A DNA stretch of 64,000 bases from Klebsormidium nitens (Eukaryota > Plantae > Klebsormidiophyceae). The stretch spans positions 1 to 64,000 of the forward strand of contig DF237306.1 of the NCBI GenBank assembly GCA_000708835.1. Reading direction: 5' to 3'. Every line of letters begins with the position of its first letter. Positions within the stretch are counted from its first letter, which is position 1. Positions 1-11,000 of this stretch are shown here, piece by piece. The notes below the pieces were generated by a model that made no database searches, was not told the DNA's origin, and saw nothing but the letters and a program-made list of their open reading frames with translations. Made by a program: the position numbers and the translations under genes.

Positions 1-588
1 TCTTAGGTCACACGGCCCTTAGGTCACACGAGAGTTATCGGAGTAGGTATTTGGCACTGCATTGGTCGACTGTCCAGCCTTGGTTGCGGTCGCTTGCGGA
101 TTGGGCAATGGCAATTTGGCATTGAAGTGTTGATGCCTTCAAGCGTTCAGTGCCGGTAGCTATATGGTGCTTCCATGGCATTCAAGGCGCCTCTGCAAGT
201 CCTTATCGCGCTCGGGGAATAGCTGTATTGCTGTCGCATGTTAGCATTTGACAGTTTGTGAACCTGGATAATTGTCTGATGGACACTTCTGTCTGAATAG
301 AGGTTGCTTTATCAAACAGTCAGCTTGAAACGTTGACAGAATCATAGACAGACTTATACGTCTTCAGCAAGCTGGTGATTGGCTCAGTACCCTAGCTATA
401 TGGAAGTGGTCCCAGTGCAGTTGCTCGTATGAGTTGCCACAATCATATTGTTGCGCCGAGCGACTGATACTATCCGGTGAAGGCCCAGGTTTGCGCTGTT
501 CACTTTCTATCTGGGGTCCCACCCCCGGCAAAAGGTGAACAAGCTGTGTGTGAGAAGCTATGGGGAGGGGATGTCAATTCTGAGCGAG

Positions 589-3500
589 ATGGACAACAAA
601 CAGAGGCAACCGAAAGAACCACCTGTTTCGGACGGCAATCCCCAGGAGTTGTGGCAGACCCTTCAGGTCAGTCCTCAATCAAGGTTCCTCTTCTTATGCC
701 CTTCAGTTCGAATAGCACCTTCAGTATCTGCTGCCGCAGGTTTTGGGGGGGAACAATGGCTGCAATACTTGGCCTTCCATTCTATCTTGAGGCCTGTCCT
801 GATTTGAAAGCATTTTAGGATGCTGGTGGCAAGCATTAGCAATCGAACCAGACCTGAGAGACTTGAGTTAGCACTAAAGACATGTTACGTCTTTTTCTGC
901 GAGTATATGCTAGTGCCGCTGGGGAAGAATGATCAGTGGCTCCTTGTGAATCTGCTGTCCTAACCCTCTGCTAGGATCCCTTTCTTTCAGACGTCTCCAT
1001 TCATGTTTGCTGGTCCGCACCTGATTACAATTTTTGCCTTACTGCAGCACTTGAAGGCGCAGTACACTGAAAGGCTCAATGATGTCAAACGGACAACCAT
1101 CTCTGAGCTTGCAAAGCTCTCTAATCAGGGAAGGCCCCAGCTTCAAGCAGAATTGAAAAAGTGGAAGGGCTTTGCTGAAGAAGCTCTGACCATACTTCAG
1201 GCCCCCGACCCAAAGACTGCTGCGCTTTTGAGGCAATCACGCTTCCCAAAGGGCTCGGCTTATTTGGAAAAGCAATTGGAGAAGCCTCTCACTACCTGGG
1301 AGAACAGAAAGCGAACATGGGCGAGTTGGCAACAGGCGGTGAGTCCACAGCTCAACTTCAAGACACAGATGGCTGATGGTGTTGACATGCATGTTCTTCA
1401 GGAAATAAAGAAGCCTGGAATTCCAAGTGCAGAATTGAAAAGCCCTGTCACAATGACAAGGCGTGTCTAGGGATACCCGACTTGGCGACACAGGGGTTCA
1501 ATTTTGACGGGCCCCTAGAGTCAACGGATCGGAACCTCTTATACACAAGCTCTTGTCTTTACGCCTCACATGGCAAGCAAAAGCTTTTGGTGGGAAACCG
1601 GCATTTTCCTTTTCACGTCCAGGGGCGACAGGGAACAACACCTAGCCAGACCCAAACACCTTCGGACGGACAAGCGGTTGCAACAAATGGGTTGCCAAGG
1701 CAGCAGCCAGAGCAGCACACACAGCGCCGGCCGCAGCAGGGGGGATCAGGGGAGCGGCCACCAAACGTTCTTTCAGTGAGTTCTCGTCATCTCAGGTTAC
1801 TCGCTTGTCGCACATGGTTGTCTAGCCCCGTGCTTATGTCTGTAATTATTGACTTTTAAAGGTGAAAGGTTGATCCTAATTTGGCTATGTTATCCAGGAG
1901 ATGTGAGCGGTTCTTTTCCTTGCTCCATTTTGACTTTCTTTCGTTTTTGGCAACCTCTCTGACGAGGTCAATACCACCGTTTCAAGTCTCTTGCCTGCTC
2001 ACCATTCTGCAAACTCCTCTGATTCACGTTCTACTCCTTTGCTCACCACCCGACATGCTTCCCGCCCAACACCTCCCGAAAGATCAACTTCCGCATTCTT
2101 TCAGGCCCGACCAGTTCCCCAGCCGCAAGCTGTCCCTCCTCAGGCGCAGAAGGCGGCTTCAAAAGACCACTTACTACTCAGCGAGCAAAGGCGGTTGCAC
2201 TTACAAGCTCTGAATAAGCAGGCCCCAGTGACGGCGCAACCGGCCCCCCCAAAGCAGGCGCAGCAGACTGCCCTGCAGCAGAGACAGCCGCTACAAGGCC
2301 CCGCGGTGGGGGCCAAGGGGCCGCAGCAGTCGACCTTGGACGTAAGAATTTGTCAATATTGAGTCTCTTTATGATTGCGTGTCCCAATTCTCTGGCAACG
2401 TTTGATTGCGGCTGCCATTGTGGAGTCAATTGGCGCAGGTTCCAGAGGGATAATTTTTGGAACTTTTCGTACCAGTTCTGCTGGTTTCCTGGCTCTCTTT
2501 CCTTCGTTTCTTCATCGTTAGTCAACCGGTTGCCCAAGCGCAACTCACTGCAACAGTTTTGTTTCTAACGCTCTTGCATAACACTCTCCAGAGTCATTGA
2601 ATGGACACTAGATCAATGCCTGCTCACACTTTTCTGACATCCAGAGAAGCGTGTGTCATTTCGCAAAAGTGGAAGACGCGCTTCTCCCATATTCGAGTAC
2701 ATGGAACAATAAATGCGTGATCAGGCCTGCTTTCCTTTTGAATATTTCGATGCTTCCTTTCATCCCTCACTTGGTCCAGGGTCAAAGAACAGAGACGAAT
2801 AAGGGCAGAATCGTCTCACAAAAACTATGTATTGCTGACGTCATCGTCTACCTTTCCCTGCAGAGAGTTATGCACGCTTTTGCGGTCAGAGCGAGCTTGA
2901 GCGTTGCGGAATTCACTGAGAGGGTGCGATCGAACCCTGCACTCAAGGAAAGGGTTAAGCTTGAGGTCAAGAAGCTCCAGCAACGCATCGCGCAGGGTGC
3001 AAGCGTAAGATCCTCAGCCTGGTTGACCTATTCCTTGAACCTTTTTTCCGGCGCGGATCCTGGTAGGATGGCAAGGATGACAAACAAAATCTGTTCACCT
3101 TCGCTAGATTCCAAGCACGTTATTACTTTGCGAATTTCGACCTTTTGTACGCCTTCCAAGCTTTCGTTGCTTCTCCGCCAGTATGTGAATCAGGTTCCAT
3201 AGTGAGCACTGAGTTGCTGTTGCGCAATCATAACTTCCCTATACAAGGGTTGTGGGATATCAAAGTATACTCGAGGCACGGTAAGTAAAATTTAGATAAT
3301 TCCGTACCGTGGACGACTGTATGAATGGTGTAAAACGTATGAAACTTATAACAAATCAGTCTCATCATTGACGATATTGTTCATTTCCTTTGAGACTTTT
3401 GATATCACTATGACGGATAGCTTCCCTTACTGAAACGCCCCTATTCTTATCCAGGCACAGGGCACTGCTGCGGCGACCGCTCCAAACTCCAAGGCGCCCC

Positions 3501-6500
3501 CCAATATCCCCTCGCTTCCAAACGTCATCCCTCCAGCGACTTCGCCAGCAACGCAGGCGCCTCCAGCAACAAGCCCCCGGTCGGCGCTACCCGTCCCGCC
3601 ACCTTCGCAGATTCAGCCTCTTCCACCGCTCCCACCGCAAGTTGTCAAACATTTGCAAGGTGGGTTCTTGTTTTCTTGTCGCTTGCAAGTGACCGTTTGT
3701 CGAATTCAATATGAATATACGAGGGTTCATGTTTAACGGAGGTGGTTGGCAGACACCAGGGAAGAAGCTCGTGGCAGCTTACTAAAGAGCATCTCGTCGC
3801 CCAGCTTACTAAAGTGTGTCACCTTTCTGCTGTGCGTTCCTAGCGACTGTTATCTGTCTCGATTCCTCTCTGTCCCAACCCTTGGCTAATCAGCCGCTTG
3901 TCGATCAATGCATCTCAAGGAGAGAGATTCCTGATCAACCTTGTCAGCTGAGATACTGATGGAGGGACAAGTAGCTCCGCAAGTGTTCTCAGGCATATTT
4001 TCGAAGTCAATGAAGCGACCCGTGAATCTAATGATCAAACGCTCTGCTTTTGTAATTTCAGGTTGGGATTGAACCCAATCTTCGCAAGACTAAAAGAATC
4101 GTAAGTTGCCTTTCACCAACTCCAGATAATCGTAACGTCCCACTTGCTTTGTTTCTCCGCAGGACTGAGCTTGGAACAACTGCAAACCTGCATGGCAAGG
4201 TTGAGAGAGAGGCTAGCCGACGAAGAAGAACTTCAAGAAGGAGCTCCGATTGCTTCGATCTTGGGGAGGCTCAGTCGGATCCGCCTCTTACGTCAGCAGA
4301 TTGCTTTTTGTCAGCAGCGCGCAGAAAAGCTCGCGGGCCGCGATGCGGCTGTGCCGACGCCCGGTGCAAAGGGGGCCGGGGTGAGTCCCTCCAACGTGAA
4401 CGCGGCCACAAGAGGTGTGAACGGGGTCGGGAGGGGTGTCAACGGGTCAGTAAGAGGTCTGAATGGGTCCGGAACAGGTGCGCCTACGGCCGGACAGGGT
4501 GCGAACGGAACCGGCAGAGGCGTGACTGGGGCCGGAAGAGCTGTACACGGGGTCGGAAGGGCTGTGAATGCGGCCGGAAGAGGTGCGAATGAGGGCGGAA
4601 GCGGTGTGAGAGAAGCTAGTGCTCCTTTACCCGGGGTTAGCGCTGACGGGGTTGGTGTAAACAGGGCAACTGGTGGAGGGTTCGCTGATGGGGACGGTGT
4701 GAGATGGGGCAGTGTGAATGGGCAAGGCGGAGAAAAGACCCTCGCAATGAGGATGAGTGAAATCGGGCGGGGTGTTAATGGCGACAAGGCTCCTGATGCT
4801 GGAGCGCGTGAGTCTGGCGCTGGTCGGGGCAATGTGAACTGGAGCCGTGTGAATGGGGCCAATGTGAACAGGGGCGGTGTGAACGGTGCAAGTGGGGCGA
4901 AGCCCGCTAACCTCGGTGCGAACGGGGCAAGCCCGGAGGGTGCTACCGCACACGGTGTGAACGGGACCAGCCAAGGTCCGGCTGCCATGAAAACTGGCGT
5001 TGACACTGGCCGGGCGGTGATTCCTAGCGCGAACGGAGGCATTGCGAACGGGGCTACTGCGACTGGAAGCGGTGTGAATAGAGAAGGAGGGGTAAGGGCG
5101 GTCACGCCAGGCAGTGTGAACAGGCCCTGCCAGGGGGCATCTACACCCGGACCTATCCAAATCATGCCGCCAATTCTACCGAATTCGGGGAGCCGACGAG
5201 CGCCAACAAAAGCTGGGGGGCCCGCAGGCACGCCAAATGTTACCCCCACGAATGCGGCCGCGCAAGCATCGGCGCAACCGTGTGCGCGCACGCTTCCGAA
5301 ATCTGTCAAAGTCTTCCGCACAGTGACGATAAACGGGGAGGAAAAACGGGTGGAGACGGATCCCCAGCAGATTGCGTTGCTCTACCGGAGGTTGGCGGAG
5401 AGGCGTGCGGCCGGGGGGGCTCAGAGATTGGCTCGGGACAGGGCCCCGGGGACAGGGCAGCAGGTCGATGGGGCGGAGGGTTCGCCTCGGGAAGGGGAAC
5501 CGGGGCCAGCGCAGCGCGTTGGGGGAGACGGGGAAGCACCGGTTGAGCGGAACAACAAGCGAAAGTTGTCAAGGACCGAGATGGAAGTCAGGGCCCCCGA
5601 AGGGAGAGGGGGGGAGAGGTCGGGACAACCGGGGCAAAGGGGAGGTGCATCTGGCCTGCCGTTGCTGCCCCGGTTGGACGAGGGTGGCCCTCCGGAAAAG
5701 AAGCTGAAGGCGCAGATCGAGGAGCTGAGCGCGAGGCTGGGGGATGCGGACGCGTACGCTGATGGCCCCCCAAAGATGGGAGAAACGGTTGGTGTTAGCT
5801 GGAGGATCTTTAAATCGATGTCAAAGACTTGTAGAGTTTGCCGTTGAGGGATGCGCTACCTTTTACGTGCTCTGTGATTGTGTGAAACGTCTGCCCGGAG
5901 AGAGAGGCATCGGTTTGATGGTTGTGGACGGGTTGCGGCAGCTCTCCTGGCGCGGTTGCTGCTTTCGTTTCTCTTGGTGACGTCCAGCTGTTTGCTTCGG
6001 ATTTGCCACCCTCTTCCGGATGTCTTGGACCTTCACCACCTGATTGGAGTCGGTTGGATCTCTTGATATTGTTGACTGTACGGTCCAGGTCGCATATTCG
6101 ATAAGAGACTGGTTGTCAACGGTGGCAGGTTCGGCGCAAAAGGCTGTAACTAAGCTGGCGGAGAGAAAAGGAAGTAGCTCAGAAAAGGGGATTCCGCAGA
6201 GCTTAGATTCTTTTGTTAAAAGCGTTCATTCTAACCCAATCGACCCCACAGAGCAATTTGTGCCTCTCTATTTTGTGTCTCCGCTGTTCGTATGTTGCCG
6301 TGCAAGCTCTGGTGGAAGCACGCCCGATCCCTTTCAGAACTTCGCGGTCGTCGACATCACGCTTTGCTTGTGTGAGGGCTTTCCGCCTCCCTTGAAGCGA
6401 ACCTTTCTCCTTCGACGCTCAAACTGGACGAACCCTTTTAAACCCTTCCTTTCTCTCTGGTGCAGCAAAAAGCAGTCCCAGAGTCAGCGTCCGCAGCCGG

Positions 6501-7133
6501 CGTGGGGCCCGAGGAAGGAACGTCACAGCGTAAACAGGACTGGCCGCCGAAGGTATGCATGTGTTGTCAAACATCATCTTTTTCAGTAACTCGACCAGAA
6601 TTAGTCTTGCAAGACGGAGTCGACCAACCTTTGGCTTAATCCGATTGCAGCTCTTAAAGAAGGCATCATCTTTTCTCGTAGGTCAAAAGAACCAGTGATG
6701 ACGGTTGGTTGCAGCGTACCGAACTAGGTATGCTGGCTTGCTGGTTGACAAGCGCTCCTGAAAAGGTGGCCCGTGCATGCGAGCTGATTCACACTATGCT
6801 GAAGATTTTGAGCCGGCAGCACATCGCCGATGCATGACCCTGTGTATGTTCGAGATTCCCAACCGCTCCTCTCCATTCTCGCAGGCCGATGCGGATCTCA
6901 ACGTATGTGCAATTTGCGAGGAAGAATGGGACAACGAGCGCCGCAGAACTGTCATCATCCCTGGGCTGAACTACAAGTGCGGGCATGCGCTCTATTGCAA
7001 CAAGTGTTTAGAGGATTTTTTTGAAAGGATGAGCGAAAAGGCAAAGACTGGGGCTTTTCATTATGAATGTCCCAGCAAGTGTAATCTAGGTCCGGATATG
7101 CCAAGGTTGATGCCCGTATTCATCGGTTGCTAA
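589..7133 (+). CDS. Gene A: multi-exon protein with MED15-like helical domain, Q/P-rich and G/N-rich low-complexity regions and a C-terminal C3HC4 RING finger (putative E3 ligase)
   Basis: Phase-consistent GT-AG exons: 589(or 571)-666, 1048-1338, 1623-1775, 1967-2341, 2864-3004, 3455-3659, 4163-5787. Probable small exons near 6089 and 6466-6552; terminal exon 6885-7133 (CAIC..CGHALYCNKC..CPSKC). Exon-by-exon paralogy with gene B, e.g. both have a 291-nt exon. Start codon and the 5.8-6.9 kb exon joins are uncertain. Confidence 0.75.
4411..4599 (+). repeat. Coding 21-bp tandem repeat, 9 imperfect units, encoding RGVNGxG-type heptapeptides
   Basis: Units agaggtgtgaacggggtcggg / aggggtgtcaacgggtcagta / agaggtctgaatgggtccgga ... 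agaggtgcgaatgagggcgga read directly from the sequence. Confidence 0.85.
6885..7133 (+). CDS. RING-HC (C3HC4) terminal exon of gene A
   Basis: ctcgcag acceptor; C-x2-C-x20-C-x-H-x3-C-x2-C-x20-C-x3-C; near-identical paralog at 16208-16474. Confidence 0.85.
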   Translation, partial: ADADLNVCAICEEEWDNERRRTVIIPGLNYKCGHALYCNKCLEDFFERMSEKAKTGAFHYECPSKCNLGPDMPRLMPVFIGC

Positions 7134-7806
7134 GAAGAATAAGAGTTTAGTGATCTGCTTAACCGGCAACTTGCTTTGCTCTTAATAAGGTGATCGATGA
7201 AAATGTACACTTTCATTCTCAATACGAGATGGCCAAAGCATTGGCGCTTGCTGGAGTAAAAGGTTTGCAGGTAGGTTGGCTTCTGCCTCTGCGTTTGAAA
7301 GTACTGCAGGGGGATACAGGTACATATCATGCAACGGAGGTGCGCGTGCGGCGTCCTCCTGTGCTCATTGTCATATGGTGGCATATGCAATTGCACGGTT
7401 GAAGCCTACCTATATGACTTTTCTACTTTTGAACAACAATTGAAACATGCAATCAAATGTCCGACATGCTCATGGACATATTTAATTCAATCTGCGGACA
7501 ATTGTGCATCAAATGCGAAGCTCGTGCATGTGAGTTGGAAATGTCATGTGTGTCTTTAATAGCCAGCGCCTTTATCGGGTCTCTACGCAGTGCTTGAAAG
7601 CGGCCCGCACACAATTACTATAGGTGCAGTTATATATACTTAACTTTAATTAAAAGGCCGAAGCTATAATTAAGTGCACTGTTTGATACGTCATGATAAA
7701 GGTATAAGATAGGGATCGAGCTCTGCACGTCACGCGCCGCGAATTAACCAATTGCCAGCGCTTTCATGCCTAGGATTGAGCATGCACCGTCATATTAGAT
7801 TGATGG

Positions 7807-7818
7807 TTTTAGGGTTTT
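7807..7818. promoter_or_regulatory. Telo-box-like motif (TTTTAGGGTTTT) about 280 bp upstream of gene B
   Basis: Single telomere-type unit in the intergenic region; telo-boxes are established plant promoter elements; function here not shown. Confidence 0.3.
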
Positions 7819-8090
7819 CAGTTCATCAGTTGTGCTACTGTATGAGAAATTAGGGTCTCTCAGCTGAGCTAAGACTGGTGTCAGAATTAGACACATCACC
7901 TTGGCACTGAGCTCGCACTGCAGCTTCAGTAGGACTACTCATGCCAATGGCGATGCACACATGGTGGCAGAAGGGAAGTGCACCGCCCTCAAGACTTTTT
8001 GCTCCCTGCCACATGCAGTGTAGCTGTTTCAAACAAGGAAAGATGCGTGTGCTTTGCTGATTGGGAAGTGGCGTCGGCGGGGAGCGCGCC

Positions 8091-11000
8091 ATGGACAAGG
8101 AGCAGCGCAATGTGGAGCAGAAGAGAAAGATAAGGAGGGAGGCAATCTGGAAGAAGATTCATACCACAGTGCACAAGAGACTTGTCAGTGATCGAATGAA
8201 CTCGTGGTATTTTGCGGAGCCGGTTGATCCGGAGGCGTTGAACATTCCCACCTACTTTGATGTTATCAAGCAGCCAATGGACCTTGGCACCGTTGGGCGG
8301 AACTTGAAGACTAGACAATACACAGGTTTTGAGCAGTACGCCTCAGCGGTGCGACTGACTTTTTGCAATGCCATGACATTCATTGGTCCCACGAACAATG
8401 TGTACAAAGCGGGTGCATGTCTTCTTAGAGATTTTGATGAGGGACTGTGGCCAAGGGTCCAAGAGGACATCAGCGCTGAAAAGGCACTGACAGAAACTGA
8501 GGATAGGAAAGCCGAGGAGGCCGGGAAGCAGGCAACGTCGATGAGGGCAGGCAAGGTTGATAGAGGTAAGCGCTAGAAATCCCAGCATCGGTGGAAGCGT
8601 TGAGAGGCCGCTAGAATGAAGTGGTGACTCTGGCCAGACCTCGTGAAGGAACTTTCACTAGAATGTGCTGATTGCGAGCATCTGGCCCCTGTCCAGTAAT
8701 TGCGAAACAGGAAGAGCTTGCCGGTCAAATCGGCCAAGGGGGTCACCAGGATTCCCACAGAGACTATCTCTGACGAAAGTAAATTTCATGACACACCACC
8801 AATTTTGGATTCGCCGCTCTCGATGGGAAACTTGTGACTATAAGGTGGTAACCCTGAGGTACCATGCTTGTACCAAGGATGTTACTTGAGCTGGTCTCAG
8901 ATGCTTCATCATGACAAACAAGTGGATGTGCTTGGGTCATAGTTAGTGGCCAACTGCAAGGATCTTTCACAGTTAGTTTGGAGACCCTGAATCCTGTTGC
9001 AATTTGCTCGCTTCATCTGCTCAACTATTCTTCCTCATTCGCAGGGGCCAAATCGCGCGCAGAGTCTGCTTCGCCCAAGTTGCTGGATGTGGATGTTGAG
9101 CCCCAGGAGTTGTGGCAGGACCTTCAGGTCAGAACTTGGCTCACGGCACATTCTGAACCAGTCACACTTCGACGCATCTGGACTTCCATGTTTACCTGAT
9201 ATGATGAGCAAGCTGTATTTTGGTAGATTGAATAACCTGATTCTCAGCTTGCTTGATCAGGTTCAGTCTACTGGACTGGTGCAGCAAAGTGGGGGAAGGT
9301 GGTTTTGATGGGAAAGATCTGGTAATGAGGAGCCATTTTTTTTGGCTTCATCCAGTGTTATGGACGACCCTGCAGGGATCCATGACCTTGCTGAACCCGT
9401 TTCATCTCATGTCTGCAGCGTCTGAAATCTCTATACCTGGATCAATTGACCAAGCTTGGGGGCCATGTTTCCTCTGAGCTGACAAGAATTGAAGAACAAG
9501 AGCTGTCGGGGCCTCGAGGTTACTTGAAGGAATGCCGTAGCTTCGCGGCCACAGCAAGGACCGTTTTACAAGCACCAGACGCCTACACCGCTCTTGTGCT
9601 GAAGGAGTGCGTCTTCCCAAACGGCTTGGCGTTCTTTGAGCAGAGAGTGGCTGGATTTCTCTTGGCCTGGGAAAAGAGTGCCAAATCCACAGAGGTCTTG
9701 AAACAGAAGGTGAGAATCATCTAAGATCGGTCCACAGATGCCATTGAAAATCCAACAGACCTCTTAATGTTTTTGACGCAAATCCTCTCATTACGGAAAG
9801 TCTGAACTTGGTCAGAGTTTGGCTTTGTTGGAGGTCTGTGATTGGATGGAAGATCAAGACTCTTTTCTTGGTTCAAGTGAGGCAAAATCTGCTGTTGCCA
9901 GAGGGATTTGGGAGACAACGAGGTTACGATTCAAGAGCCCCTCCTGTAGAACAATTGATATTTCTGCAATCGCCTTGGAATGGCCTTGAATCATGTTGCA
10001 AGAAAGTAGGGAGCCGCACTTCTGAGTCACATGCCCGTATGTGATTCTTTGTCCATCTCCAGACTCTTTGCAAAGGAAAATCTATTTCTGTCGTTCAAGA
10101 TAGTTTATGCAATATCTTTTCTTCTTCAGACAAAGCGCAAATTTGAAAGCAACCTAGTAGAAAAGTGGGACTCTTTTTTGGACCGACGCAGCATTCCAGG
10201 ACTTCAGATTTTTTCGTCTTGCGTTTCAACCCCCAATGCTAACGTTGTTGTTCTTTTTGACAGTCTACCGCAGCTGCAGCTTCGCCGAGCTCCCTGTCTT
10301 CTCAGCCGAGCCCGTCGACCACTCCCTCAGCCGCCCTGATGCCTCCGCCCGCAAATCCCCTGCCAATTCCGCAGCTCCCTCCACTTCCGCCGCAAGTGGT
10401 TTCGCTTATACAAGGCGAGTGCGCGCACACAGTCTTTCGTTCGTGCGAAAAGAGGAGACCTGCTCGTGGCTTGAAGCGTTGAGCACTTGAAGACGCGTCC
10501 GCAAACCTATGGAATCTGTTTCTCGGGAATTACAGTATGAACGTACCGGACTTGTGGGACTCCGTTTTTCCAGCTTCAAGCAAAGTTTATCCATGCTCTG
10601 AGCTCAACGACGCAGGCAGATTCCTCTCTCCTCGATCGAACACTCGTGATCAGTGATCCGAAAAATGATACCAGAAGTAGTTTCTTACATCAGGGAGCCC
10701 GACTTCGGCCGACTTGCCCGTCTTGATTTTCGACTCGCTTTCAGTGTTCTGAAGCGCTCCGTTTGCGTTCAGGTCTCGGTTCTCAGCAATTGCACACTCA
10801 CATAACGAAGCTGAAGGAGAGGTTGGAGCATGAGGAGCGTTGTCAGGGAAGCAAAGCAGTCGGAAGCAACGAAGACAAACTTTGGCGCATGGGCCTTCTT
10901 CGCCAGCAGATTGACTTCTGTCGGCAGCGTGCAAACGAGCTTTCGGATGGGGCGGGCGACAACCGAAGCCCACCTGCTGGTGTGCGGAAGCTTGCTGTCG

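Noticed and set aside
4062-4100. Apparent micro-exon (ttcag|GTTGGG...AATC|gtaagt) in gene A
   Set aside because: In the required phase 1 it reads G-W-D-stop; the 3659 to 4163 junction is already phase-correct. It may be a very old acceptor echo, but the similarity is too weak to claim.
4311-5321. 336-aa antisense ORF (similarly 14208-14864, 24313-24729, 52069-52818)
   Set aside because: These are reverse-strand shadows of GC-rich or low-complexity coding exons, with no independent motifs or splice support.
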